Shown in pieces: positions 38,156 to 48,625 of a stretch of 64,000 bases of DNA. The stretch comes from Bacteroidales bacterium (GTDB lineage Bacteria > Bacteroidota > Bacteroidia > Bacteroidales > JAFGHD01). Position numbers and translations under genes: made by a program. The first letter of the stretch is position 1; every line of letters starts with the position of its first letter. The notes under the pieces were generated by a model that saw nothing but the letters and a program-made list of their open reading frames with translations, was not told where the DNA came from and made no database searches. Location: NCBI GenBank assembly GCA_016939365.1, contig JAFGHD010000130.1:2707-66706 (forward strand). Direction: 5' to 3'.

Positions 38156-40201
38156 TCACTCCATCATCATGAGTTTGCGACAACGGGAACAGATACCTCT
38201 TGCTATACAGATCAGACAGACCTGCGGTCCGATACCCTGTAACGGAATGATGATGTCGCTGCCCTGCGCAGCATTGAGCTCCTTCCTTACCAGCGCCCTG
38301 CTATCCATCGAATAAATAGTTAGCACAAATCTGCCGTTCACAGATCCTGAAGGGACCACCAAAGAACGGTTCCGGACATAAAATCTGGCAGGGTCATCCT
38401 CCTCGTCAAACAGCGGATTGATCCCGGTAACCGGGTGGACCTGGATGCCTTTCTTCCAGGTGAGCGTATCCGAGGCCATTATATTGTTCACAATGAGCGT
38501 CACCTCGAACAGCCCCGGTTCCGGGTAGATAACGACAGGGTTTTGCTCCATGGAATATTCCGGCAGGCCGCCCTCGAAGTGCCATGACCAGCCGGTCACG
38601 GTTCCGGCTGACAGGTCGGTGAAATGCACCGGCTGGTTCACCTGGGGCTGAAAATTGTCTGCCGTGAACAGGGCGGCAAGGTACCATTCAGGGAAGCGGA
38701 ACACGCCGGTATGTTGCACATTGTATTGCAGCACAGGGAGAAACGCTTTTTCCGGCCGGTAAGGAATGTTTGTGGTCCACAGGTGTATGGAGGTAGTCTG
38801 ATGAGCGGCGTCTATTCCTCCTCCGGTAAGGTCAAGCGTGCCGTCGGCATTGAAGTCACCTGTAGCCGGATTCATGAAAAAGGTCGATCCCTGCACCGCC
38901 AGCGGCCAGCCGTTCAGTGGTGTTCCGTCATGGTTGTATGCATGATACCATCCATCCTCCGAATTGTCATCCCAGACAAGCTCCGGGAACCTGTCGCCGT
39001 CAAGGTCTGCAACGATGATCTGACAATTCACCGGCCAGATATACGGCGATGGCCAGCCGGAAAGGTATGTCCCGTCGGCCTCCCAAACATATATATGACA
39101 CCACGGTATGGTGGAGGCCATCTGGTCGCCGGAAGCGATCTCCGGATCGCCGTCCATGTCGAAGTCGGCCACAGCTACCGGCGCATAGACCCAGTTAGAG
39201 GTAATTTTCGGCCATCCGGGAAAGGCAGTGCCGTCATTCCGGATCACATGGATCATACCGTATCCCGAGTTATTGGAATGGTCGCCGGCGATGATCTCAC
39301 GGCACCCGTCATCATCCAGGTCGGCCAGCACGGGTGTGGAGTAGGAAAAGACCCTGTTGCTGCCGGGAGTGTAAGGGAATCCTGACAGCAGGTTTCCCTG
39401 CAGGTCGAAGGCATATATGCTGAGGTAGGATTCGGCTACGATCTCGGGCACAGAGTCTCCCGTGATATCACCCACCGCTGCCCCGGAGCCCGGGACATGG
39501 TCAAGATGCTGCGGCCAACCCGTCATGATGGATCCATCTCCCTGGTATACAAAAACTTTCCCTTCCGGCCAGGATCGCTCCGCCAGGATGATCTCCAATG
39601 CCGGATCCGCATCCAGGTTGCAGAGTACCGCTGTCCTGGCAGCACCTCCCCAGAGGGTCACAGGAAAACCGTTCACGGGCGTTCCGTCCCGTTCCAGCGC
39701 TACCAGGATCCCTTCGTTGCCCGTTCCGCTTAGCCGGGTGCCGACCACTATCTCCCCGATGCCATCGCTATCGATATCTCCGAACGAAGGGGCTCCATCA
39801 GCTCCGAACTGCAATGGCACCGGCCAGCCGGATACATCTGATCCGTCACAATTCCAGGCATAAATGCTTTCACCGATGACATACACCACTTCCAGATCAG
39901 GATCATCATCCAGCTGGCAGGCGATGCCGCCCCGCTGGGATAATCCCTCACGGGTCTGCGGCCAGTATGGTAAAAGAGTGATAGAATCGACAGGCGGCCT
40001 GATTGGCTTATTTTTCAGCGCATCGGAATGGATCAGCACATAGCCGGCTACATCTGCCGCATAGCGGGCCTGCCGGGGGAGCGCCGGATCATCTTTGTGC
40101 ATGACCACACCCTGACCATATACCAACGAAAGGGCATTGATCAATAAGAGTATGATAGGATATAATGCAGAATGATAAAAGAGCCTGCAGGAAAGTTTCA
40201 T
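38156..40201 (-). CDS. FG-GAP/VCBS beta-propeller protein with PKD domain and (degenerate) T9SS C-terminal domain
   Basis: Start at Met 40201 (MKLSCRLFYHSALYPIILLLINALSLVYGQG), forming an ATGA overlap with the upstream paralog. There are seven D-x-D-x-D-G-x-x-E loops (GDIDSDGIGEIVV, ADLDDDGCREIIA, ADFDMDGDPEIAS, ADLDGDRFPELVW, GDFNADGTLDL and others), each preceded by x-G-W/F-P. The PKD module spans about 38430-38675. Confidence 0.7.
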   Translation of the reverse strand: MKLSCRLFYHSALYPIILLLINALSLVYGQGVVMHKDDPALPRQARYAADVAGYVLIHSDALKNKPIRPPVDSITLLPYWPQTREGLSQRGGIACQLDDDPDLEVVYVIGESIYAWNCDGSDVSGWPVPLQFGADGAPSFGDIDSDGIGEIVVGTRLSGTGNEGILVALERDGTPVNGFPVTLWGGAARTAVLCNLDADPALEIILAERSWPEGKVFVYQGDGSIMTGWPQHLDHVPGSGAAVGDITGDSVPEIVAESYLSIYAFDLQGNLLSGFPYTPGSNRVFSYSTPVLADLDDDGCREIIAGDHSNNSGYGMIHVIRNDGTAFPGWPKITSNWVYAPVAVADFDMDGDPEIASGDQMASTIPWCHIYVWEADGTYLSGWPSPYIWPVNCQIIVADLDGDRFPELVWDDNSEDGWYHAYNHDGTPLNGWPLAVQGSTFFMNPATGDFNADGTLDLTGGGIDAAHQTTSIHLWTTNIPYRPEKAFLPVLQYNVQHTGVFRFPEWYLAALFTADNFQPQVNQPVHFTDLSAGTVTGWSWHFEGGLPEYSMEQNPVVIYPEPGLFEVTLIVNNIMASDTLTWKKGIQVHPVTGINPLFDEEDDPARFYVRNRSLVVPSGSVNGRFVLTIYSMDSRALVRKELNAAQGSDIIIPLQGIGPQVCLICIARGICSRCRKLMMME

Positions 40202-42231
40202 CGCCTGATCATGATCTTTTGATGCATCTGTAAATCCCCTGATACGATACTGAGAAGGTACACCCCTTCCGGGATGCCTGATACATCCCACAAATGCCTG
40301 ATACTGCTGCCATCCCGGTCAATAATGCTGCCGGCAACGCAGCGTCCTGAAAAATCAAACAATGAAACGACGGATTGACCTTCTGCTCCCGGCAGCTCGA
40401 GTGTCAGCATGTTGCCGGAGGGATTGGGGTATACAGCAGGAGCATCGGCATGCATACAATCTGTTCCGGTACATGGATCCACCGAAATGTAACCGGTCTT
40501 GGTGAGGGTGTCGGAAGCATAGCCCTCATGGACGATCAGTGTCACATCAAAGACGCCGGCCTGGGAATATGTCACCTGGGGATGCTGAAGCTGTGATACA
40601 GAAGGTGTTCCGCCCGGGAAGCTCCATTCCCATAAGGAGATGTTTCCTGAGGAGATATCGGTGAACTGCACCTGACCTCCGGTGCATATCCATGTGGTAT
40701 CCGCATAGAAATCGGCCTTCAGGTTGTCTTCCGGGTCGCGGTAGACACCGTCATGCGAAGGGCCATATTGCAGCACAGGCAGTATGGCTTCAGCCGGATC
40801 CCATGAGGAGAATCCTCTCCAGAGGTAAATATGGCAGACGGTACTTCCTCCTATTTCAATGCCACCTCCGGAGATATCGAGGATACCGTCCTTATCGATA
40901 TCCGTCACGAAGGGATTCATGAAAAAAGTGCTTCCCTGGACATGGAGGGGCCATCCTTCCGCCGGCGTACCGTCATGGTTATAACCCAGATAGATACCCA
41001 TGCCAGTGTTATCGTCCCAGATCAGTTCGGTCATCCCGTCGCCGTCGACATCGGCCAGGATGATCTGGTTGTTCACGGCCCATATCTGGGATGTGGGCCA
41101 ACCGGGGAGGTAATTGCCCTGGCTGTCCCAGACATGCACTTTGCTGACGGGTGATCCGGAGAGCACCTGGTCGCCTATGGCGACATCCAGCGAGCCGTCG
41201 CCGTCGATATCTCCCACGGCAGGCGGCCCGTAAATCCAGTAGGAGGTATATTTCGGCCATCCGCTGAGGGGTAAGCCGTCGTTCCGGAGCACATGGACGG
41301 CCCCGTTGCCGGATGAGAGGGAGTGGTCGCCGGCAATGATCTCACGGTATCCGTCGGCGTCAAGGTCGGCCAGTACGGGAGAGGAATAGGAGAACACCCG
41401 GTCGTTTCCCGGGGTGAAGGGAAATCCGCTGAGGACCGTTCCGGACACATCAAAAGCATAAATGCTGTAATATGACTCCGCTATGATCTCGGGGATATCA
41501 TCTCCTGTAATATCTCCGACGGCAACGGCGGAGCCGGGTACATAATCTATAGTCTGCGGCCACCCGGGGAAGGCCGTACCATCGCCGCGGTAAATCCCCA
41601 CATAGCCGTTGGGATAGTTGCGTTCTTCAACGATGATCTCCAGAACATCATCATTGTCCAGATCGGCCAGCACCGGGGTCTTGGTGGCTCCGCCGGAAAG
41701 GTATACCGGAAAACCCGCAACGGCTGTCCCATCCTTTTCAAAGGCATTCAGGGCTCCGCTGTTGGCTGTACCTGACGAACGGGTGGAAACCACGATCTCG
41801 CCCTCCCCGTCCCCGTCGATATCGCCAAAAGCCGGTGCACCGTCCGGGTAATAGATGACGTTTTGCGGCCAGCCCGTGACGCAGCTGCCGTCAACATTCC
41901 ATGCATGGACCTTCTGTCCGATGCAATAAACGATCTCTTCATCAGGATCGCTGTCAAGATGGCAGGGTATCCCACCCCTCTCGCTATCTCCGTTTTCAGT
42001 CACCGGCCAGCCGGGGAACAGCTGGAATGTATCTGCAGTGATCCCTGCATCTGCCCTGGCAAACCATGATCCGTCCAACAGGACCTTGCCGTTTACATCC
42101 GCCCGGCGCAACAAATCCAAGGTCCCTTGTATTTCTGTGATGTCCCTGACGGTCTGGGCACTCCCGGCCAGAGCCGATGCCATTAGAAATGGCCACAGCC
42201 ACTTCCTGTAAACATGATGTTTCATGATCAC
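40198..42231 (-). CDS. FG-GAP/VCBS beta-propeller protein with PKD domain and T9SS C-terminal domain
   Basis: 677 aa with a signal peptide (WLWPFLMASALAGSAQT). Same seven-blade pattern (GDIDGDGEGEIVV, ADLDADGYREIIA, GDIDGDGSLDVAI, ADVDGDGMTELIW, TDIDKDGILDI). The PKD module spans about 40480-40720. The T9SS domain is VYPNPSGNMLTLEL...GVYLLSIVSGDLQMHQKIMIRR. Confidence 0.75.
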   Translation of the reverse strand: MIMKHHVYRKWLWPFLMASALAGSAQTVRDITEIQGTLDLLRRADVNGKVLLDGSWFARADAGITADTFQLFPGWPVTENGDSERGGIPCHLDSDPDEEIVYCIGQKVHAWNVDGSCVTGWPQNVIYYPDGAPAFGDIDGDGEGEIVVSTRSSGTANSGALNAFEKDGTAVAGFPVYLSGGATKTPVLADLDNDDVLEIIVEERNYPNGYVGIYRGDGTAFPGWPQTIDYVPGSAVAVGDITGDDIPEIIAESYYSIYAFDVSGTVLSGFPFTPGNDRVFSYSSPVLADLDADGYREIIAGDHSLSSGNGAVHVLRNDGLPLSGWPKYTSYWIYGPPAVGDIDGDGSLDVAIGDQVLSGSPVSKVHVWDSQGNYLPGWPTSQIWAVNNQIILADVDGDGMTELIWDDNTGMGIYLGYNHDGTPAEGWPLHVQGSTFFMNPFVTDIDKDGILDISGGGIEIGGSTVCHIYLWRGFSSWDPAEAILPVLQYGPSHDGVYRDPEDNLKADFYADTTWICTGGQVQFTDISSGNISLWEWSFPGGTPSVSQLQHPQVTYSQAGVFDVTLIVHEGYASDTLTKTGYISVDPCTGTDCMHADAPAVYPNPSGNMLTLELPGAEGQSVVSLFDFSGRCVAGSIIDRDGSSIRHLWDVSGIPEGVYLLSIVSGDLQMHQKIMIRR

Positions 42232-42338
42232 GGTACCATTGAATAGTACCTGTGAAGATAGGGAAATATCCCAGATACATATACGGCAACGTTACTATTT
42301 ATCATGAATTGATTAATTTTGATCAAAGCCCCGCCGGA

Positions 42339-43628
42339 ATGAATAAATGGTTCGCCCTGGTCGATTGCAACAACTTTTATGCATCCTGCGAGAAGGTATT
42401 CCGGCCCTGCCTGGCAGGCAAGCCGGTGGTGGTGATGTCGAACAACGACGGCTGCGTCATTTCCCGTTCACAGGAGGCCAAATCGCTGGGGATCGGAATG
42501 GGAGTGCCGGTATTCCAGGTGACAGATATCATAAGACATCATGATGTCAGGCTCTTTTCTACCAACTACGCCCTGTACGGCGACTTCTCCCAACGCGTCA
42601 TGAACACCCTGGCGGGCTTCACGGCAGACCTGGAGATATACTCCATTGATGAGGCCTTCCTGGCCTTCTCCGGAAATAAAGAAGGGCATCCCACAGATAC
42701 CGGAGCGGATATCCGGGACAGGATTTTCAGGTGGACGGGGATACCGGTTTCAGTGGGCACGGGTCTGACCAAGACCCTGGCGAAGGCAGCCAATCATCTG
42801 GCCAAAAAGGATTCATCAGGCCGGGGTGTTTTTGATCTGACGGACACTTCCGGTCTGGATGATATCCTGTCAGGCATTCCGGTTCATGAGGTCTGGGGTG
42901 TCGGGGAGAAATGGTCGGAAAAACTTGAACGTTGGGGGATACGGACCGCCCGGGATCTGCGGGATGCGGATGAGATGAGGGTGCGTGATCTGATGGGCGT
43001 GGTCGGGCAACGGATCGTGATGGAACTGAGGGGGGTATCATGCCTGCCGTTTTCAATACGGCCAGAGGAAAAGAAGGAGATCTGCACCTCGAGGTCTTTC
43101 GGCCGGGCGGTAGTCAGCTACCATGACCTGGAGGCCGCCACCTCATCCTATGTGGCACGGGCAGCGGAAAAACTGCGCAGGCAGGAAAGCATGGCCGGAT
43201 CGCTGCTCGTGTTTGTCATGACCAATAAATATGCACGCGGGCCGAAATACGTGAACTATAAAATGATACGGCTGCCCGTTCACACCCATGAGACAGGCGA
43301 GCTGGTGAATTATGCCCGGTCGCTGCTGAAGGATCTGTTCCGGGAAGGATACAGCTACAAGAAATCAGGCGTGATCCTGTCCGAACTGATACCTGTCGGG
43401 AACCTCCAGTCGGCCCTGTGGGACGACCGTCCGAGAAGCCGGGAACGAAAGCTTCAGGAAGTGCTCGACGGGATCAACCGGAGGATGGGAAGGGATAAGG
43501 TGAAGCTGGCTGTACAGGGAGGGGATGACCCGTGGAAGATGCGTCAGGAAAGCCTCTCACCCCATTATACCACCCGCTGGGAAGACCTGCCGGTGGTGGA
43601 AATGGACGACCTGCCCCTGAAACAATGA
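42339..43628 (+). CDS. umuC: Y-family translesion DNA polymerase, UmuC-like
   Basis: Start at ATG 42339: MNKWFALVDCNNFYASCEKVFRP...VVVMSNNDGCVISRS...YSIDEAF. These are the canonical UmuC/Pol V N-terminal motifs. Confidence 0.85.
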   Translation: MNKWFALVDCNNFYASCEKVFRPCLAGKPVVVMSNNDGCVISRSQEAKSLGIGMGVPVFQVTDIIRHHDVRLFSTNYALYGDFSQRVMNTLAGFTADLEIYSIDEAFLAFSGNKEGHPTDTGADIRDRIFRWTGIPVSVGTGLTKTLAKAANHLAKKDSSGRGVFDLTDTSGLDDILSGIPVHEVWGVGEKWSEKLERWGIRTARDLRDADEMRVRDLMGVVGQRIVMELRGVSCLPFSIRPEEKKEICTSRSFGRAVVSYHDLEAATSSYVARAAEKLRRQESMAGSLLVFVMTNKYARGPKYVNYKMIRLPVHTHETGELVNYARSLLKDLFREGYSYKKSGVILSELIPVGNLQSALWDDRPRSRERKLQEVLDGINRRMGRDKVKLAVQGGDDPWKMRQESLSPHYTTRWEDLPVVEMDDLPLKQ

Positions 43629-43658
43629 TATCCTTTTCATTCATAAAACAATTTAGCC

Positions 43659-44324
43659 ATGTGCGGACGGTTTTCCTTTTCTCCCCTGGCCCGGATCATC
43701 GAGGAGCGTTTCGATGTGAGGGTGGACAGGGCCGCCTACCGGCCCCGGTATAACTGCGCACCTTCACAGGAGCTGGCGGTGATCACCAACGAGGAGCCGG
43801 GGTTGCTGAGCTGGTACCGGTGGGGGCTCATCCCTTTCTGGGCCAAGGACCCGGCCATCGGCAACCGCATGATCAATGCCAAGGCCGAGACCATCACCGG
43901 CAAGCCGTCGTTCAGGAACGCTTTCAGGGCCCGCCGTTGCCTGGTACCGGCCGACGGCTTCTACGAGTGGAAGAAGACAAACGGCAATGCAAAAACACCC
44001 TTCCGTATCCAGATGAAGGATGGATCACTCTTCTCCATGGCAGGTATATGGGAGCGGTGGAGAAGCCCTGAGGGGCAGACGGTCCATTCCTTTGCCATCA
44101 TCACGACGGAGCCCAACGCACTTATGGAAGGCATCCACAACCGTATGCCGGTGATCCTCCTGCCCGGAGATGAGAAAGCCTGGCTTTCTGGGAATGATGA
44201 AGCAGGACTGATCCGGCTGCTGGCTCCCTGTCCGGATGATCTGATGGAAGCGTTCCCGGTATCCGGGATGGTGAACAATCCCTCCAATGACTTGCCTTCC
44301 TTGCTGGAGCCGGTATCCGGTTGA
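43659..44324 (+). CDS. SOS-response-associated peptidase (SRAP/YedK/HMCES family)
   Basis: Invariant N-terminus MCGRF, plus RYNCAPSQ, PFWAKD, INAKAET, DGFYEW and HNRMPVIL. Confidence 0.85.
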   Translation: MCGRFSFSPLARIIEERFDVRVDRAAYRPRYNCAPSQELAVITNEEPGLLSWYRWGLIPFWAKDPAIGNRMINAKAETITGKPSFRNAFRARRCLVPADGFYEWKKTNGNAKTPFRIQMKDGSLFSMAGIWERWRSPEGQTVHSFAIITTEPNALMEGIHNRMPVILLPGDEKAWLSGNDEAGLIRLLAPCPDDLMEAFPVSGMVNNPSNDLPSLLEPVSG

Positions 44325-44326
44325 CA

Positions 44327-45334
44327 TCATACGGCCATGAGGCTGCAGCCCCTGACATCGCTGTGGTCGAACCTCCCCAGCACCTCAAATCCGTCCTCCC
44401 TGTATCTGCCCAGGTCCTGCGTGGCAATGAAGGAACACGAATAGACATTGGCCAGGTCGATGACATTGATCCCGCCCGTATCCCCACCCTGCACGAGGCT
44501 CAGCGGATCGTTCATGTCACGGATCAGCACTTTCATCCATGGGGGCGTTCTGAATATACCCTTTCCGGAGGAGTATGCCTGGCTGAGCAACTCCGTCATC
44601 CCATACTCGGAGTGAACCTGCCCAATACCGAAATCATGACACAGGAGATGATGCACCTCTTCGCGCACCATCTCCTGCCGCCGCCCCTTCATGCCGCCGG
44701 TTTCCATCACCACAGCGCCGGTCAGCGGAGTGCGGTACTGACGGGCAAAGTCCAGAAGCGCGAACGTCACACCCAGCAGCAAGACCCGTGTGTCTGATTC
44801 CTGCATCTCACGCAGCTTCCTGTCCAGATCGTCCGTATTCTGCAGGTAGAATCCGCTGTCCGGATGCCCCGAAAGCCGGATCAGGCGCTCCGCCATATGG
44901 ACCAGGGAAGAGCCTTCACGCTCCAGATAGGAAGGCAGCAACGCCAGGATGCAATAACCCCGCGGATCACCGTAAAATAACCTGAAACAGCGTTGCAGGG
45001 ATGTGTGATATATCTCAGGATCCGGCACATGATGTCTGGCGGGGACGGTTCCCGTGGTGGTGCTGCTGGTGAAGATACAGGCAGCCGGTCCCCCGCCGCT
45101 CAGAACGGTGCGGGTCTTGAAAAAATCCGCCGGGAGAAAGGGTATCTCCTGAACGCTCCGCACCCTGCCGGGATCCTTTCCCAGAAGTTCGGCAAAGGAA
45201 TGGTATACCGGATTGGCTTCATACTGGAAATGAAATATTTCCAGCGCCTTTTCGTTAAACACCTGCTGTGAGGGGATGTCGAACAACCACTCCCTCAGCA
45301 ATCCGGGATTCTTACGGATCAGATCATTCAGCAT
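44327..45334 (-). CDS. LuxE/PaaK-like acyl-adenylate-forming enzyme (acyl-protein synthetase family)
   Basis: 335 aa. FTSSTTTGTVPARH looks like an adenylation P-loop-like motif, and METGGMKGRRQEM is also present. The overall layout resembles what Bacteroidota annotations call acyl transferase / LuxE. The family name is from memory. Confidence 0.55.
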   Translation of the reverse strand: MLNDLIRKNPGLLREWLFDIPSQQVFNEKALEIFHFQYEANPVYHSFAELLGKDPGRVRSVQEIPFLPADFFKTRTVLSGGGPAACIFTSSTTTGTVPARHHVPDPEIYHTSLQRCFRLFYGDPRGYCILALLPSYLEREGSSLVHMAERLIRLSGHPDSGFYLQNTDDLDRKLREMQESDTRVLLLGVTFALLDFARQYRTPLTGAVVMETGGMKGRRQEMVREEVHHLLCHDFGIGQVHSEYGMTELLSQAYSSGKGIFRTPPWMKVLIRDMNDPLSLVQGGDTGGINVIDLANVYSCSFIATQDLGRYREDGFEVLGRFDHSDVRGCSLMAV

Positions 45335-45395
45335 GAAGTATGCTTTCTCGGGTCTCCGGTAAAGTTAGAAAATGTAAATTTACGGCAGGTTTCCC

Positions 45396-45911
45396 ATGGC
45401 GATGAACCGTTCAGAAGTGCAGTCGGCAGTGATGATCATCCTCATCCTTCTTCTCTTCGGATGCAAGAAGGCGGAGGATTATCCGGTTGAGCCCGTGATC
45501 GTCTTCGAGGAATTCCTCAAGATCCTTGATCCTTACACCGGTGTTTACGAGCGGGGGGTGCTGAAGATATCCTTCACCGACGGGGATGGCGACATCGGCC
45601 TGACCCAGTCGGACACCTCCGAGAATTTCATCATCACCTACCTGGAGATACAGAACGGCGACACGGTGGAGGTGGAGCTTGAATGGTACGACAAGATCAA
45701 CGACACCCTTCTTCCCATCAACCACAATGCCCGTATTCCCATACTCACCCCGGAAGGCAACAACAAATCCATCAAGGGTGAGATCGCCGATACCCTGTTC
45801 ATCTACAACTTCACCTCGCCGTTCGATACGCTGCTGTTCCGGGCATATATCCTTGACAGGGCACAGAACAGAAGCAATGAGATCATTACGCCGCTGATCG
45901 TGAGGAAATAA
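45396..45911 (+). CDS. Hypothetical lipoprotein
   Basis: 171 aa. VMIILILLLFGCKK is a signal peptide plus lipobox. Preferred over the overlapping antisense ORF 45411..46040, which has no such features. Confidence 0.45.
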   Translation: MAMNRSEVQSAVMIILILLLFGCKKAEDYPVEPVIVFEEFLKILDPYTGVYERGVLKISFTDGDGDIGLTQSDTSENFIITYLEIQNGDTVEVELEWYDKINDTLLPINHNARIPILTPEGNNKSIKGEIADTLFIYNFTSPFDTLLFRAYILDRAQNRSNEIITPLIVRK

Positions 45912-45952
45912 AAGATTCTCACATTCGATTGTAAAAAAGGTTATCCCTTCGC

Positions 45953-46453
45953 TTATTCTTGTGGTAGTCTTTCCAATGCTTTGCCCACGATCTCCCCATG
46001 ATCGAACGCCAGCTCCGGAAGGTTTTCCAGCGGGAACCATGCGGCTTCGCGGGCGTCGTCGCCGGCGCGGATGGCGGCATCAGCAGGAGCCGTACCCCAG
46101 AAAATGACCGAAACCGTTCTGCCCCGCGGATCACGGTGCAGTGCGCTGAAGGCATGCAGCTGCTGCAGTGCAATGCCTTTCAGGCCGGTCTCCTCCTCCA
46201 GCTCCCTGACGACCGCTTCTTCAAGGGTCTCGCCCATGTCCATGAAACCTCCGGGAAGGGCCCACCGGCCTTCAAAGGGATACCGGTCACGCCGGATCAG
46301 CAACACTTCCATATTATCTTCCCTCCGGCGAAACACCACCGCATCAACGGTCACGGCAGGGCGGGGATATTCATAGGTAAAAGGAGGCAATGACAATATT
46401 TTTTTGTTCTGAACCAATATTACATCGATCTGCTTTGTCATCCATGAAGCCAC
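45953..46453 (-). CDS. NUDIX hydrolase
   Basis: Nudix box GGFMDMGETLEEAVVRELEEETGL (GX5EX7REUXEEXGU). Confidence 0.8.
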   Translation of the reverse strand: MASWMTKQIDVILVQNKKILSLPPFTYEYPRPAVTVDAVVFRRREDNMEVLLIRRDRYPFEGRWALPGGFMDMGETLEEAVVRELEEETGLKGIALQQLHAFSALHRDPRGRTVSVIFWGTAPADAAIRAGDDAREAAWFPLENLPELAFDHGEIVGKALERLPQE

Positions 46454-46465
46454 AACAAGGAAAAA

Positions 46466-48523
46466 TCACCTGATCTCGCTTCCGGGCACGACCGGATCTC
46501 CGGGAGCGATCAGCGACAGTTTCCCATCGGGGTCCTCAGCTGTGAGGATCATGCCTTTGGATTCGATCCCGCGCAGGTTCCTGGGCTCCAGATTGGCCAG
46601 AAGGCATACCTGCTTCCCGATCAGTGCCTCCGGCTCGAAATGCTCCGCGATACCTGACACCACCGTCCTATGGTCCAGGCCTGTGTCGAGGGTAAGCTTC
46701 AGCAGCTTCTGTGTTTTGGGTACCCGCTCGGCGGTCAGGATCGTGGCCACACGAATGTCCATCCTGGCAAAAAGCTCATAATCGATCGATTCCTTGGCCG
46801 GCTTTAACGCTGCGGCTGAGGACCGGTTCTGCTTCCGCGTCTCCTCCAGCTTTTTCACCTGAGCCTCAATGACGCTGTCCTCAATCTTTTCAAAAAGCAG
46901 CTCAGGGGGGTTCAGTTCATGTCCTTCCGGCAGGATGTCCGCCGATCCGGCATCCTTCCATTTCATTTCCTTCAGCTGCAGCATCGAGCTCATTCTTTCC
47001 GCGGTGAAAGGGAGAAACGGCCATGCCAGCACCGACAGATTCGCACATATCTGAAGGGAAATGTTGAGGATGCTTTTCACCCTGGCTTCATCCGTGCGGA
47101 TCAGCTTCCAGGGCTCGGAGTCGGTCAGGTATTTGTTGCCCAGCCGGGCCAGGTTCATCATTTCGTTGAGCGACTCCCTGAAGCGGAATGCTTCCAGGCC
47201 GGCGGCGATCCTGCCCGGGAATTCCGCCATCCCTGCGAGCACCGATTTGTCGTAATCATTCAGGGGACCCGTTTCCGGCACCTTTCCATCGAAATACTTA
47301 TGCACCAGCACCAGGGTTCTGTTGAAGAAATTCCCCAGGATGGCCAGCAACTCATTGTTGTTCCGGGCCTGGAAATCCTTCCAGGTGAAGTCGTTGTCCT
47401 TGGTCTCCGGTGCATTGGCCGTCAGCACATAACGAAGAACATCCTGCTTTCCTGGAAAATCCTTCAGGTATTCATGGAGCCACACCGCCCAGTTCCGGGA
47501 GGTGGATATCTTATCGTTCTCCAGGTTCATGAATTCAAATGCAGGCACATTGTCGGGAAGAATGAAGGATCCTTCCTGCTTCAGCATGGCGGGGAAGATG
47601 ATGCAATGGAAGACGATATTGTCCTTTCCGATGAAATGGATCAGCCGGGTTTCCGGGTCTTTCCACCACACCTCCCAATCCTTTCCGCACTTTTCGGCCC
47701 ATTCCCGTGTGGCCGAGATATAGCCTATGGGGGCATCGAACCAGACATAGAGCACCTTGCCTTCGGTATCCGGCAAAGGTACCTGTACGCCCCAGTCGAG
47801 GTCGCGTGTCACGGCCCGGGGCTGTAGCCCCTGGTCGATCCATGATTTGCACTGCCCGTAGACATTCACCTTCCAGTCGTTCCTGTGACCTTCGAGGATC
47901 CATTCGCGCAGCCAGGGTTCATATTTGTCCAGGGGAAGGTACCAGTGCTTCGTCTCCCGTTTCACCGGGGGATTGCCGCTGAGCACCGATTTCGGATCGA
48001 TCAGGTCGTCGGGGCTGAGCGATGTGCCGCAGCTTTCGCACTGATCACCATAAGCCTTGTCGTATTTGCAATGCGGACATGTCCCCGTGATATACCGGTC
48101 CGCCAGGAAATGCCGGGTCTCCTCGTCGTAATACTGCAATGATGTCCGCTCGATGAATTCGCCTTTGTCATAAAGGATTTTAAAGAACTCCGAAGCGGTT
48201 TGATGGTGAATCGGCAGGGAAGTCCTGGAATATATATCGAATGATATCCCGAAATCACGGAAAGAATCGCGGATCATCGCATGATACCTGTCGACGATCT
48301 CCTGCGGTGTCACACCCTGTTGGCGTGCCTTGATGGTGATCGGAACGCCGTGCTCATCCGAGCCGCCGATAAACAGCACATCTTCTCCCCTGGAGCGCAG
48401 GTAACGGACGTAAATATCCGCCGGGACATAGACACCCGCCAGGTGACCTATATGGATGGGGCCGTTGGCATAGGGAAGTGCCGATGTGACCGTGGTCCTT
48501 TTAAATTTTCCTCTGTCGTTCAT
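46466..48523 (-). CDS. metG: Methionine--tRNA ligase
   Basis: Start at Met 48523. HIGH motif ([11 protein letters not shown]), zinc knuckle [18 protein letters not shown] and KMSKS-type loop (KISTSRN). C-terminal EMAP/Trbp111-like tRNA-binding domain ([25 protein letters not shown]). Confidence 0.9.
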   Translation of the reverse strand: MNDRGKFKRTTVTSALPYANGPIHIGHLAGVYVPADIYVRYLRSRGEDVLFIGGSDEHGVPITIKARQQGVTPQEIVDRYHAMIRDSFRDFGISFDIYSRTSLPIHHQTASEFFKILYDKGEFIERTSLQYYDEETRHFLADRYITGTCPHCKYDKAYGDQCESCGTSLSPDDLIDPKSVLSGNPPVKRETKHWYLPLDKYEPWLREWILEGHRNDWKVNVYGQCKSWIDQGLQPRAVTRDLDWGVQVPLPDTEGKVLYVWFDAPIGYISATREWAEKCGKDWEVWWKDPETRLIHFIGKDNIVFHCIIFPAMLKQEGSFILPDNVPAFEFMNLENDKISTSRNWAVWLHEYLKDFPGKQDVLRYVLTANAPETKDNDFTWKDFQARNNNELLAILGNFFNRTLVLVHKYFDGKVPETGPLNDYDKSVLAGMAEFPGRIAAGLEAFRFRESLNEMMNLARLGNKYLTDSEPWKLIRTDEARVKSILNISLQICANLSVLAWPFLPFTAERMSSMLQLKEMKWKDAGSADILPEGHELNPPELLFEKIEDSVIEAQVKKLEETRKQNRSSAAALKPAKESIDYELFARMDIRVATILTAERVPKTQKLLKLTLDTGLDHRTVVSGIAEHFEPEALIGKQVCLLANLEPRNLRGIESKGMILTAEDPDGKLSLIAPGDPVVPGSEIR

Positions 48524-48625
48524 AACCCGCAAATCACGAAAAGATCGTATTTTCGGCAAAGATAAGAATATCCGGCACTAAGAGGGGTTAAAGCTCTCGC
48601 TGCCTCGTGCTTGGACCATAGAAAA

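Noticed and set aside
45411-46040. 209-aa minus-strand ORF overlapping the lipoprotein gene and the NUDIX 3' end
   Set aside because: It overlaps two better-supported genes. The plus-strand alternative has a signal peptide and lipobox.
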